Shown here: piece by piece, positions 23,810-32,000 of the stretch | How positions within the stretch are numbered: the first letter of the stretch is position 1 | Layout of the letters: each line of letters begins with the position of its first letter | Source: Xylella taiwanensis | GTDB lineage: Bacteria > Pseudomonadota > Gammaproteobacteria > Xanthomonadales > Xanthomonadaceae | Reading direction: 5' to 3' | Length of the DNA: 32,000 nucleotides | Assembly (NCBI RefSeq): GCF_013177435.1 | Contig: NZ_CP053627.1 | Location: 600,001-632,000, forward strand | The notes under the pieces: model-generated | What the model was told of the DNA's origin: nothing | Databases searched by the model: none | The model's input: the letters and a program-made list of their open reading frames with translations, nothing else | Program-made: the position numbers and the translations under genes

Positions 23810-26800
23810 ATGCCCAAGCGCACTGACCTTCGTACCATCCTTATCATCGGTGCTGGCCCGATTGTCATCGGTCAGGCTTGTGAATTTGACTATTCTGGTG
23901 CGCAAGCCTGTAAGGCGTTGCGTGCGGAAGGTTTCCGCGTCGTCTTGGTAAACAGTAACCCGGCGACGATCATGACAGATCCGGACATGGCTGACGCTGT
24001 GTATATTGAACCGATTCACTGGCGGACGGTTGAGAAGATCATCGCCAAAGAGAAGCCGGACGCGCTGTTGCCAACGATGGGCGGTCAGACGGCCTTGAAC
24101 TGTGCATTGAACCTGGCTGATCACGGTGTTTTGGAAAAATATGGCGTCGAATTGATCGGGGCTAAGCGTGAGGCGATCCGTATGGCTGAGGATCGTGAGT
24201 TGTTTCGCGTGGCGATGCAGGAGATTGGCCTGGAGTGCCCGAAGGCCGAAGTGGCTAAAAGTTTGGAGCGGGCCTTGGAGATCCAGGTCAAAGTTGGTTT
24301 TCCGACGATTATCCGACCGAGTTTCACCCTGGGTGGTACCGGAGGAGGGATTGCTTACAATCGCCAGGAGTTCGAGGACATCATCAAACGCGGCCTGGAG
24401 TTGTCGCCGGTACATGAGGTACTGGTAGAGGAATCAGTGCTGGGTTGGAAAGAGTTCGAGATGGAGGTGGTTCGTGACGCTTCGGACAATTGCATCATTG
24501 TCTGTTCGATCGAGAACTTGGATCCGATGGGGGTGCACACCGGGGATTCGATCACTGTTGCTCCGGCGCAGACATTAAGCGACAAGGAGTATCAGCGTTT
24601 GCGTGACGCTTCGATCGCGGTATTGCGTAAGATCGGCGTGGATACTGGCGGCTCGAATGTGCAGTTCGGTATTCATCCGCGGACAGGCCGTGTGGTGGTG
24701 ATTGAGATGAATCCACGCGTGTCGCGTTCTTCAGCACTTGCTTCCAAAGCGACCGGTTTCCCAATCGCTAAGATTGCGGCCAAACTGGCGGTAGGCTACA
24801 CCCTTGATGAGCTTAAGAACGAGATTACCGGGAGTAAAACTCCGGCTTCGTTTGAGCCATCGATTGACTACGTGGTGACTAAAATTCCCCGTTTTGCGTT
24901 CGAAAAATTCCCGCAAGCGGATGCACGCCTGACCACGCAGATGAAATCTGTGGGTGAGGTGATGGCAATGGGGCGGACCTTCTCGGAGTCGTTGCAGAAG
25001 GCGGTGCGTGGGCTGGAGACTGGCAAGGTTGGTTTGGAGCCGACCGGTTTGGATTTGGCCAGCGAAGATGACTTGATTGTGCTCAAGCGCGAGTTGAAAG
25101 TACCGGGCGCCGAGCGACTGTTTTATGTGGCCGATGCGTTTCGTGCTGGGTTCGGAGTTGCGGAGGTTTACGCGCTGTCTTATATCGATCCCTGGTTCTT
25201 GGATCAGATTGAGGAGATCGTCGCTGCTGAGCGCCGGCTGGCCACGGATGGTCTCGGCTCGATTGATGCGGTGCGGTTACGCCAGCTCAAGCGTGCAGGT
25301 TTCTCTGATGCGCGCATCGCGCAGTTGACAGGCACGAATGAAGTTGCGGTGCGTGCGTTGCGCCGTGTGCTGAAGGTTAAGCCGGTATACAAGCGTGTCG
25401 ACTCCTGCGCTGGCGAGTTCGCTACGGGCACTGCCTACCTGTATTCGACGTATGAAGAAGAGTGTGAGGCTGCACCGAGTGATCGTCACAAAATCATGAT
25501 CTTGGGTGGAGGGCCGAATCGCATTGGTCAAGGCATCGAGTTTGATTATTGTTGCGTCCATGCAGCGTTGGCATTACGCGAGGATGGGTTTGAGACCATC
25601 ATGGTCAACTGCAATCCGGAGACCGTTTCTACTGATTACGACACGTCTGACCGCCTTTACTTTGAGCCCTTGACGTTAGAGGACGTGTTAGAAATTGTTG
25701 AGGTCGAACACCCTATTGGAGTCATCGTACAATACGGCGGCCAGACGCCTCTGAAGCTGGCTAAGGCGTTGGAGGCCAACGGCGTTTCGGTGATTGGGAC
25801 TTCCCCGGAATCGATTGATTTGGCCGAGGACCGTGAGCGTTTCCAGAAACTGGTTCACCAGCTTGGTTTGAGGCAGCCACCAAACTGTACAGCGCGTACC
25901 GCTGATGAGGCATTGGTACTGGCGCGTGATATTGGTTATCCCCTAGTAGTGCGTCCGAGTTATGTGCTTGGTGGCCGTGCGATGGAGATTGTTTACGGTG
26001 AGTCCGATTTGACACGATATGTGCGTGATGCGGTGAAGGTGTCTAATGATTCGCCAGTGTTGCTGGACCGTTTCCTCGACAATGCGGTTGAGGTCGATGT
26101 TGACATCATTGCTGATCGAGAGGGGCGGGTGCTGATCGGTGGGGTGATGGAGCACATTGAGGAGGCTGGCGTCCACTCAGGCGATTCCTCGTGCTCCTTG
26201 CCACCGTATTCCTTATCGGCGATGACTCAGGATGATTTGCGTCGCCAAGTCATCAGATTGGCGAAGGCATTAAACGTCATTGGTTTGATGAACACACAGT
26301 TTGCGATCCAATCCAATGCTGATGGTAGCGACACCGTTTACTTGCTGGAAGTGAATCCGCGCGCTGCGCGCACCGTACCGTTCGTCTCTAAGGCGACGGG
26401 GGTGGCGCTTGCTAAGATTGCCGCCCGCTGCATGACTGGCAAGACCTTGGCCGAGCAGGGCGTGACTTGCGAGGTTGTGCCAGCATATTATGCGGTGAAG
26501 GAAGCAATCTTTCCGTTCACTAAGTTCCAGGGTGTGGACCCGATCCTTGGTCCGGAAATGCGTTCTACAGGTGAGGTGATGGGTGTGGGCCGCAGTTTTG
26601 CCGCGGCGTTCGCCCGAGCCCAGGAAGCCGGCGATATTCGTGCTCCCCAACCAGGCAGGGCGTTTGTTTCGGTGCGTGATCCGGATAAACAGCGTGTGTT
26701 GCCTGTCGTCTTGGCTTTGGTTGAGCGCGGATTCAGTGTTGTTGCCACTGCTGGCACTTATGCTTGGTTGCAGCAGCATGGAGTGGCATGTGAGGTTGTG

Positions 26801-27052
26801 AATAAAGTAGCCGAAGGGCGCCCGCACGTCGTTGACTTGATCAAGAACGGCGAGATTGTTTACATCATCAATACTACTGAAGGGCGTGCGGCGATTGCTG
26901 ATTCCTTTTCGATCCGTCGGGAGGCACTTCAACATCGCGTGACCTATTCGACCACTATTGCTGGCGCCAAGGCGCTAGTGAATTCACTTGAGTTCCGCGG
27001 TACCGGCCCGGTTTGGTCGCTACAGGAACTCCACAAGGAGCTGCAGGTATGA
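23810..27052 (+). CDS. carB: Carbamoyl-phosphate synthase large subunit
   Basis: 1080 aa. The ATP-grasp halves are duplicated ([21 protein letters not shown] and [21 protein letters not shown]). The C-terminal domain is MGS-like. GAGGA lies 4 nt upstream of the ATG. Confidence 0.97.
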   Translation: MPKRTDLRTILIIGAGPIVIGQACEFDYSGAQACKALRAEGFRVVLVNSNPATIMTDPDMADAVYIEPIHWRTVEKIIAKEKPDALLPTMGGQTALNCALNLADHGVLEKYGVELIGAKREAIRMAEDRELFRVAMQEIGLECPKAEVAKSLERALEIQVKVGFPTIIRPSFTLGGTGGGIAYNRQEFEDIIKRGLELSPVHEVLVEESVLGWKEFEMEVVRDASDNCIIVCSIENLDPMGVHTGDSITVAPAQTLSDKEYQRLRDASIAVLRKIGVDTGGSNVQFGIHPRTGRVVVIEMNPRVSRSSALASKATGFPIAKIAAKLAVGYTLDELKNEITGSKTPASFEPSIDYVVTKIPRFAFEKFPQADARLTTQMKSVGEVMAMGRTFSESLQKAVRGLETGKVGLEPTGLDLASEDDLIVLKRELKVPGAERLFYVADAFRAGFGVAEVYALSYIDPWFLDQIEEIVAAERRLATDGLGSIDAVRLRQLKRAGFSDARIAQLTGTNEVAVRALRRVLKVKPVYKRVDSCAGEFATGTAYLYSTYEEECEAAPSDRHKIMILGGGPNRIGQGIEFDYCCVHAALALREDGFETIMVNCNPETVSTDYDTSDRLYFEPLTLEDVLEIVEVEHPIGVIVQYGGQTPLKLAKALEANGVSVIGTSPESIDLAEDRERFQKLVHQLGLRQPPNCTARTADEALVLARDIGYPLVVRPSYVLGGRAMEIVYGESDLTRYVRDAVKVSNDSPVLLDRFLDNAVEVDVDIIADREGRVLIGGVMEHIEEAGVHSGDSSCSLPPYSLSAMTQDDLRRQVIRLAKALNVIGLMNTQFAIQSNADGSDTVYLLEVNPRAARTVPFVSKATGVALAKIAARCMTGKTLAEQGVTCEVVPAYYAVKEAIFPFTKFQGVDPILGPEMRSTGEVMGVGRSFAAAFARAQEAGDIRAPQPGRAFVSVRDPDKQRVLPVVLALVERGFSVVATAGTYAWLQQHGVACEVVNKVAEGRPHVVDLIKNGEIVYIINTTEGRAAIADSFSIRREALQHRVTYSTTIAGAKALVNSLEFRGTGPVWSLQELHKELQV

Positions 27053-27525
27053 GAGCCCCCATGACTTTGAAGGGTGCACGTCGTCTTCGTGATGAGCTAG
27101 ATCATCTGAAATCGGTCAAGCGTCCAGAGATCATCAATGCGATTGCCGAAGCGCGCGCACATGGCGATCTCAAGGAGAATGCCGAGTATCACGCTGCGCG
27201 TGAACAACAAAGCTTTATTGAAGGTCGCATCAAGCAGTTGGAAGGCGAGCTTTCGCATGCTGAAGTGATCGATGTCGCCAAGCTCGACGCTGGTAGCAAG
27301 ATCGTGTTTGGTGCCACGGTGACGTTAGCCGATGTCGAGACCGATGAAGAGAGACGCTACCAGATCGTGGGTGATCTTGAGGCTGACATCAAACAGGGGC
27401 TGATTGCGATTTCCTCGCCTATAGCGCGTGCGCTGATTGGCAAACAAGAGGGCGATGCGATCGTGATTGATGCGCCGGCCGGACGGCGTGAGTACGAGGT
27501 GGTTGCGGTCGAATACATCAGTTGA
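27049..27525 (+). CDS. greA: Transcription elongation factor GreA
   Basis: [54 protein letters not shown] is nearly collinear with E. coli GreA (158 aa). AAGGAG lies 8 nt upstream. The ATG overlaps the carB stop (ATGA). Confidence 0.95.
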   Translation: MRAPMTLKGARRLRDELDHLKSVKRPEIINAIAEARAHGDLKENAEYHAAREQQSFIEGRIKQLEGELSHAEVIDVAKLDAGSKIVFGATVTLADVETDEERRYQIVGDLEADIKQGLIAISSPIARALIGKQEGDAIVIDAPAGRREYEVVAVEYIS

Positions 27526-27532
27526 TTCTTTA

Positions 27533-28453
27533 ATGTCCAGTGCTACGCTGTTGTTGCCGGAGCGTACTTGCTTGCTTGGTACGCTGGCAGGCGATGCAGT
27601 TGCCCGGGCGCTAGCGCGTGCTGACCGCATTATTGGGGGCAGCGGTGGGCGTGCTCAACTGGAACGTCACTTTGAACTCACCCCGGCACACTGGCCAGTG
27701 GCCGCCTTGACTCGCCAAATAGATGTTGGTGACGCGGCAGGTTCCGCTTGGGTGCGTGCTGATCCTGCCTATGTGGTTCCGGATATGGGGGCTGCGCGGC
27801 TTGTGGCGTGTGGTGAGATGTTGGCATTGAACGCCCAGGACCGGGCCGCATTGTTGCCAGCGTTGCAGACGTTGTTCAGTGATGCTGGTTTGTTGCTAGA
27901 TGCGCCAACGCCAGCACGGTGGTACTTGCAGCTTACACCGGAGGCTCGTCTACCCACGTTCGTCTCGCCGGATGATGTACTGGGTGATGACCTGTTCAAT
28001 CACTTGCCGGATGGCGACACGGGGCGTCGCTGGCGGGGGTTGTTAACCGAGGTGCAGGTGCTGTTACATCAACATCCATGGAACGGTGAGCGTGTTGCAT
28101 GTGGCAAGCGGATGGTCAACTCGCTGTGGTTCTGGGGGGAGGGTGTGTTACCACACACGGTGACTACGCCACACCGACAGGTGCGTAGCCGTGATGTACT
28201 CCTGCGTGCCTTGACTAAGGCATCTGGAGCTGATGTCGACAGTCCGCATATGGTCGATGCATTGGTTGATCTGCGTCACCTGCGTTCCCTGACGCAATTC
28301 AGTGATGAAGTGGTTACTCCTTTGTTGGCGGCCATGGGACGTGGCGAGCTCGGGCGATTGGTGCTGGATTTTCGGGATGGCGAAATTTTGACGGTGACCC
28401 GTGCGCACCGTTGGCGTTTTTGGTGTGGTGTGCGCACGAAACTGGCCGAGTGA
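27533..28453 (+). CDS. Conserved hypothetical protein (306 aa)
   Basis: Long ORF with the codon composition of its neighbours. WVRADPAYVVPDMGAARLV...L..L...F...G..L....P.RWYLQL resembles an uncharacterised family (COG4255-like, as I recall). It is wedged between greA and recJ, and its stop overlaps the recJ GTG. Confidence 0.65.
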   Translation: MSSATLLLPERTCLLGTLAGDAVARALARADRIIGGSGGRAQLERHFELTPAHWPVAALTRQIDVGDAAGSAWVRADPAYVVPDMGAARLVACGEMLALNAQDRAALLPALQTLFSDAGLLLDAPTPARWYLQLTPEARLPTFVSPDDVLGDDLFNHLPDGDTGRRWRGLLTEVQVLLHQHPWNGERVACGKRMVNSLWFWGEGVLPHTVTTPHRQVRSRDVLLRALTKASGADVDSPHMVDALVDLRHLRSLTQFSDEVVTPLLAAMGRGELGRLVLDFRDGEILTVTRAHRWRFWCGVRTKLAE

Positions 28454-30222
28454 GTGTGCCCAGGATCATTCGTCGTCTCTCCTTGCCGGCGGGCGTTTGG
28501 CCTGACCATGTGCCGCCATTGTTGCGACGTTTATACGCTGCACGTGGTTGTGCCGATTGGGTGACCGCGCAGCCTTGCCTCGCCCAGTTATTGTCACCAG
28601 CCACGCTGAGTAACATGAATGCAGCTACTGCATTGCTGGCCGAGGTCATCAAGGCCGATGGGCGTATCCTGGTCGTCGGTGATTTTGACTGCGATGGCGC
28701 AACGGCTTGTGCGGTTGCAGTACGTGGTTTGCGTTTGCTTGGGGCGCGCAACGTGATGCACGCGGTCCCCAATCGTATGGTGCATGGCTACGGTTTATCG
28801 TCGACATTGATTGAGGAGCTGGCACCGTTGCAGCCAGCGTTGCTTGTCACGGTTGACCACGGTATTGCTTGCCATGCTGGCGTTGCTGCTGCTAAGGCGC
28901 GTGGTTGGCGGGTGTTAGTGACCGATCACCATTTGCCCAGTGAAACCTTGCCACTCGCCGATGTCATTGTTAATCCAAATCTGCCTGGTGATCTGTTTCC
29001 GAGTAAAGCCCTAGCTGGTGTCGGGGTGATCTTTTATGTGCTGCTTGCCCTGCGTGCGCGGCTGTATCCTTGTGCTCATCTTGAGCACGACGGTCAAAAA
29101 ACGGCTATCCACAGCTCTAGTGCTCAAAAAAGCCGTCCTGATCTAACGTCCTTACTCGATTTGGTGGCGGTTGGCACTGTTGCTGACCTGGTACCGTTAG
29201 ATACTAATAATCGTGCTTTGGTTGCTGCTGGCTTGCGCCGCCTGCGTCGCGGTCAGGGGTGTCTCGGGTTGCGTGCGCTGATCGAGATGAGTAGCCGTGA
29301 TGAATCGCAACTGACCGCCAGCGATATCGGTTTTGCGCTGAGTCCACGTCTGAACGCTGCTGGGCGGCTGGAGGATATGGCGTTGGGTATTGAACTATTG
29401 CTCAGTGAGGATTGGACTCAGGCGCGTGGTATCGCGGCCATGCTTGAGGAGATTAATGCCACACGCCGTGTCGTACAGCAGAGCATGAGTGATGAGGCCG
29501 AGCAGGTAGTGGAGCAAGCGATGTTGCAGTCAGACGGCGTGTTGCCAATGGCCGTCTGCCTGTTCGATCCGCACTGGCATCCAGGGGTGATTGGCTTGGT
29601 CGCGTCTAAACTTAAGGACAAACTGCACCGTCCGGTGGTTGCTTTGGCCCCGGCTGAGCCGGGCAGCACATTGTTGCGAGGGTCGGCACGCTCGATTCCA
29701 GGGCTGCATATCCGCGATGTGTTGGCCGCGCTTGATAGCCGCCATCCCGGGGTGATACAGAAATTTGGAGGTCATGCGATGGCGGCTGGCCTCACTCTGG
29801 ATGGCGAGGCGCTGCCGGCATTCGAACGTGCATTCCGTGCCCAAGTCGAAATCATGGTCGACACGAGTGTGTTGCATGCTGAGTTGCATAGCGATGGTGA
29901 ATTGGCGGCGCATGAACTGGACGCCTTACATGCGCGGGCGCTGCGACTGGGTGGGCCATGGGGACAGGGTTTCCCAGAGCCATTATTCGACGGCGAGTTT
30001 GAGGTGCTGCAATGGCGGGTACTCAAAGGGCGTCATTTGAAAATGGAGCTGCGTCATGCGGGACGGCATGAAGCCCTGAGCGCGATCCATTTCAACGGCT
30101 GGCGCGGCGATCCTCCAGCGCGGCGACTGCGCTTGGCTTATCGGTTGGTGTGCGACGATTACCGCGGTGGTGATGCGATTCAGTTGATCGTGGAACATTG
30201 GGAAGTCACTGAACGCGATTGA
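28450..30222 (+). CDS. recJ: Single-stranded-DNA-specific exonuclease RecJ
   Basis: PPLLRRLYAARG aligns with the E. coli RecJ N-terminus. DHH-family motifs: VVGDFDCDGATACAV, VTVDHGI, VTDHH, and DHHA1 GGHAMAAG. The start is GTG 28450 (GTGA overlap) or GTG 28456. The track start at 28411 is probably too far upstream. Confidence 0.93.
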   Translation: MSVPRIIRRLSLPAGVWPDHVPPLLRRLYAARGCADWVTAQPCLAQLLSPATLSNMNAATALLAEVIKADGRILVVGDFDCDGATACAVAVRGLRLLGARNVMHAVPNRMVHGYGLSSTLIEELAPLQPALLVTVDHGIACHAGVAAAKARGWRVLVTDHHLPSETLPLADVIVNPNLPGDLFPSKALAGVGVIFYVLLALRARLYPCAHLEHDGQKTAIHSSSAQKSRPDLTSLLDLVAVGTVADLVPLDTNNRALVAAGLRRLRRGQGCLGLRALIEMSSRDESQLTASDIGFALSPRLNAAGRLEDMALGIELLLSEDWTQARGIAAMLEEINATRRVVQQSMSDEAEQVVEQAMLQSDGVLPMAVCLFDPHWHPGVIGLVASKLKDKLHRPVVALAPAEPGSTLLRGSARSIPGLHIRDVLAALDSRHPGVIQKFGGHAMAAGLTLDGEALPAFERAFRAQVEIMVDTSVLHAELHSDGELAAHELDALHARALRLGGPWGQGFPEPLFDGEFEVLQWRVLKGRHLKMELRHAGRHEALSAIHFNGWRGDPPARRLRLAYRLVCDDYRGGDAIQLIVEHWEVTERD

Positions 30223-30833
30223 TCGGGCTTCTAACAGTCTCCAGTGGAGTGTTTGACCTGTACGTTGGTGCAGGTGGTGCGCTGCGTATGAGCGTGGTCA
30301 CACCATGATGAGGGCGAGAAGCGGCTTGAGGATACGCAGAAGTGGGGGGAACCCACGATGCACCATCCATTTCAATCGCATTGCGGTACAGCGTTGCTGA
30401 TGATCGCTGAATCACTTTAGTTGCCTTTTGCTCCTCTGAGGTATTCGTATCCTTAGGTATCGCTTCAAATCGTCTGTGTTTCAGAATGCTTGGTTGGACT
30501 TTTATGGGATTCCTTGATGGGACGTTAAAATTCTTAATGTTTCGTTTCTTTTGTCTGTCTTAAATTTTTTGGTAAGTAGATCACTTCCCCTGTGTTGACA
30601 GCCCACAACTCGTCTTGGGTCTGGAACAGATCTTGGCATCCGATATCAGTCTTGGACTTGGGAATGTTGTGAGGCAGGCAACACACAGGTGAAATGGATG
30701 CAGCTGCAGGCAGCGGTTGTATGCCAGTTTCAGTTGGATTGTGTCCCTTGGTTACGGCAAACGGTGTGCTTGCGGGCCGTTTTAGGTTGGTTTGGCTTGC
30801 TAAACTGATGCGCTTGTTTTCCGGAATCTTGAG

Positions 30834-31959
30834 ATGATTGAAACTAATCTGATCCGCCAGCGAATCGCCGATCTGAATGATCGGATGATCTCGCTGAGGG
30901 GGTATCTTTGACTACGACGCCAAGAAGGAGCGTTTGGAAGAAGTGACCCGTGAACTGGAAAGCTCCAATATTTGGAACACTCCCGACTACGCGCAGCAAC
31001 TGGGTCGGGAACGTTCGCTATTGGAAAAAACCGTCACCGGCATTGTGACTGTGCTGAAGGGATTGGCTGAAGCCAGCGAATTTCTCGATCTGGCTGAAGG
31101 AGAGCAAGATCAGGATATGTTGCAGGCGGTGGTGATTGACTTGGACGCATATCAGCTCAAGGTCGAGAAACTGGAGTTTCAGCGCATGTTTTCTGGGAAA
31201 ATGGACGGTGCCAACGCGTTTGTCGATATCCAGGCGGGTGCTGGAGGTACCGAGGCTCAAGATTGGGCGGAGATGCTGCTGCGCATGTACTTGCGTTGGG
31301 CCGAAGGGCGTGGTTGGAAGGCCGAATTACTGGAAGTCTCTGGTGGTGAAGTGGCCGGGATCAAATCAGCCACGTTTCGCGTTGAGGGCGATTTTGCCTA
31401 CGGTTGGCTGAAAACGGAGACGGGTGTGCATCGCCTGGTGCGTAAGTCGCCATTTGATTCGGATAACCGTCGTCATACGAGTTTTACCTCGGTCTTTGTC
31501 TCTCCGGAAGTCGATGACAACATCGACATTGAGATTAATCCGGCCGACTTGAGGACCGATGTATACCGATCTTCCGGCGCTGGTGGTCAGCATGTTAATA
31601 AGACAGAGTCTGCCGTACGTATCACGCACGTACCGAGTGGGATTGTAGTGGCCTGCCAGACTGAACGTAGCCAGCATGCCAATCGTGATCGTGCGATGAA
31701 AATGCTGGCGGCCAAATTGTACGAGTTGGAGATCCAGAAGCGGAATGCCGAGAAAGACGTACTGGAGGCATCTAAGTCCGACATCGGCTGGGGGAGCCAG
31801 ATTCGCAATTACGTATTGGATCAGAGTCGTATTAAGGACTTGCGCACTGGCATTGAGCGCAGCGATACCCAGAAAGTACTCGACGGTGATTTGGATGAGT
31901 TCGTCGAGGCGAGTCTGAAGGCCGGTCTGGAAGCAGGCGCTAAACGTGTCGACGCCTGA
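30834..31959 (+). CDS. prfB: Peptide chain release factor 2, with programmed +1 frameshift at 30909
   Basis: Frame 0: [25 protein letters not shown], then TGA. The +1 frame continues [12 protein letters not shown]... and carries the SPF motif ([13 protein letters not shown]) and the GGQ motif ([19 protein letters not shown]). Confidence 0.95.
30897..30912 (+). promoter_or_regulatory. RF2 autoregulatory +1 frameshift site
   Basis: AGGGGG TAT CTT TGA C: an internal Shine-Dalgarno-like element, then the slippery CTT, then the in-frame TGA followed by C. This is the canonical prfB recoding cassette. Confidence 0.95.
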
Positions 31960-32000
31960 TTCACCTACAGTTTCTGATGCTGCTATCCCACCGTATCGTT
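31946..32000 (+). CDS. Possible 5' end of lysyl-tRNA synthetase (partial)
   Basis: Only 18 open codons run from GTG 31946 ([18 protein letters not shown]), overlapping the prfB stop. The call rests solely on the common prfB-lysS operon arrangement. The sequence is too short to recognise. Confidence 0.25.
   Translation, partial: MSTPDSPTVSDAAIPPYR

Noticed and set aside
23702-24415. 237-aa minus-strand ORF, and 26270-26935 (221 aa, minus strand)
   Set aside because: Both are antisense shadows inside carB, whose identity is unambiguous.
28314-28772. 152-aa minus-strand ORF, and other antisense ORFs in recJ (29530-29913 and others)
   Set aside because: They are antisense to the well-supported hypothetical gene/recJ coding sequence and have Arg/Pro/Ala-rich shadow-frame composition.
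1-32000. CRISPR arrays, tRNA/rRNA genes, and att-type direct repeats flanking the island
   Set aside because: I saw no regularly spaced repeats and no T-arm/acceptor-like GGTTCGAATCC-type motif. I cannot do an exhaustive repeat search by eye, so flanking att sites remain untested rather than excluded.

Overview
The window looks like a Xanthomonadaceae chromosome. Gene order, protein sequences and roughly 50% GC suggest Xylella or a close relative; this is inference and was not searched.

It divides into two parts.

(A) Positions 1 to about 17040 are a mosaic of decayed mobile DNA mixed with a few chromosomal genes:
- a partial type IV pilin-like gene (1-330);
- a tightly coupled minus-strand phage replication module (SNF2 helicase, VRR-NUC, DUF2800), in which an internal deletion fuses a truncated DUF2815 gene to the last ~130 codons of a family-A DNA polymerase;
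- remnants of a SulP transporter and a tandem universal stress protein;
- an intact cfa gene;
- a LysR fragment and a tail-fibre fragment;
- an orphan phage early region with a divergent Cro/cI-like pair and several uncharacterised small ORFs;
- two further pseudogenes and an intact alpA-like gene;
- a ~485-bp IS5-family remnant inside AT-rich DNA with no convincing coding sequence;
- one intact island gene encoding a DUF2442 plus DMP19-like (DNA-mimic family) fusion.

(B) Positions ~17040-32000 are conserved housekeeping genes: DUF2782 lipoprotein, polA, an sX13-like small RNA, dapB, carA, carB, greA, a conserved hypothetical gene, recJ, prfB with its +1 frameshift site, and a possible lysS start.

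I found no CRISPR array, tRNA or rRNA. I did not recognise an intact, clearly novel multi-gene system. The leads most worth follow-up are:
- the pilin-like gene translationally coupled to the phage helicase;
- the uncharacterised ORFs next to the orphan repressor/Cro switch;
- the DUF2442-DMP19-like fusion.

All family assignments come from motif recognition by eye, not database searches.
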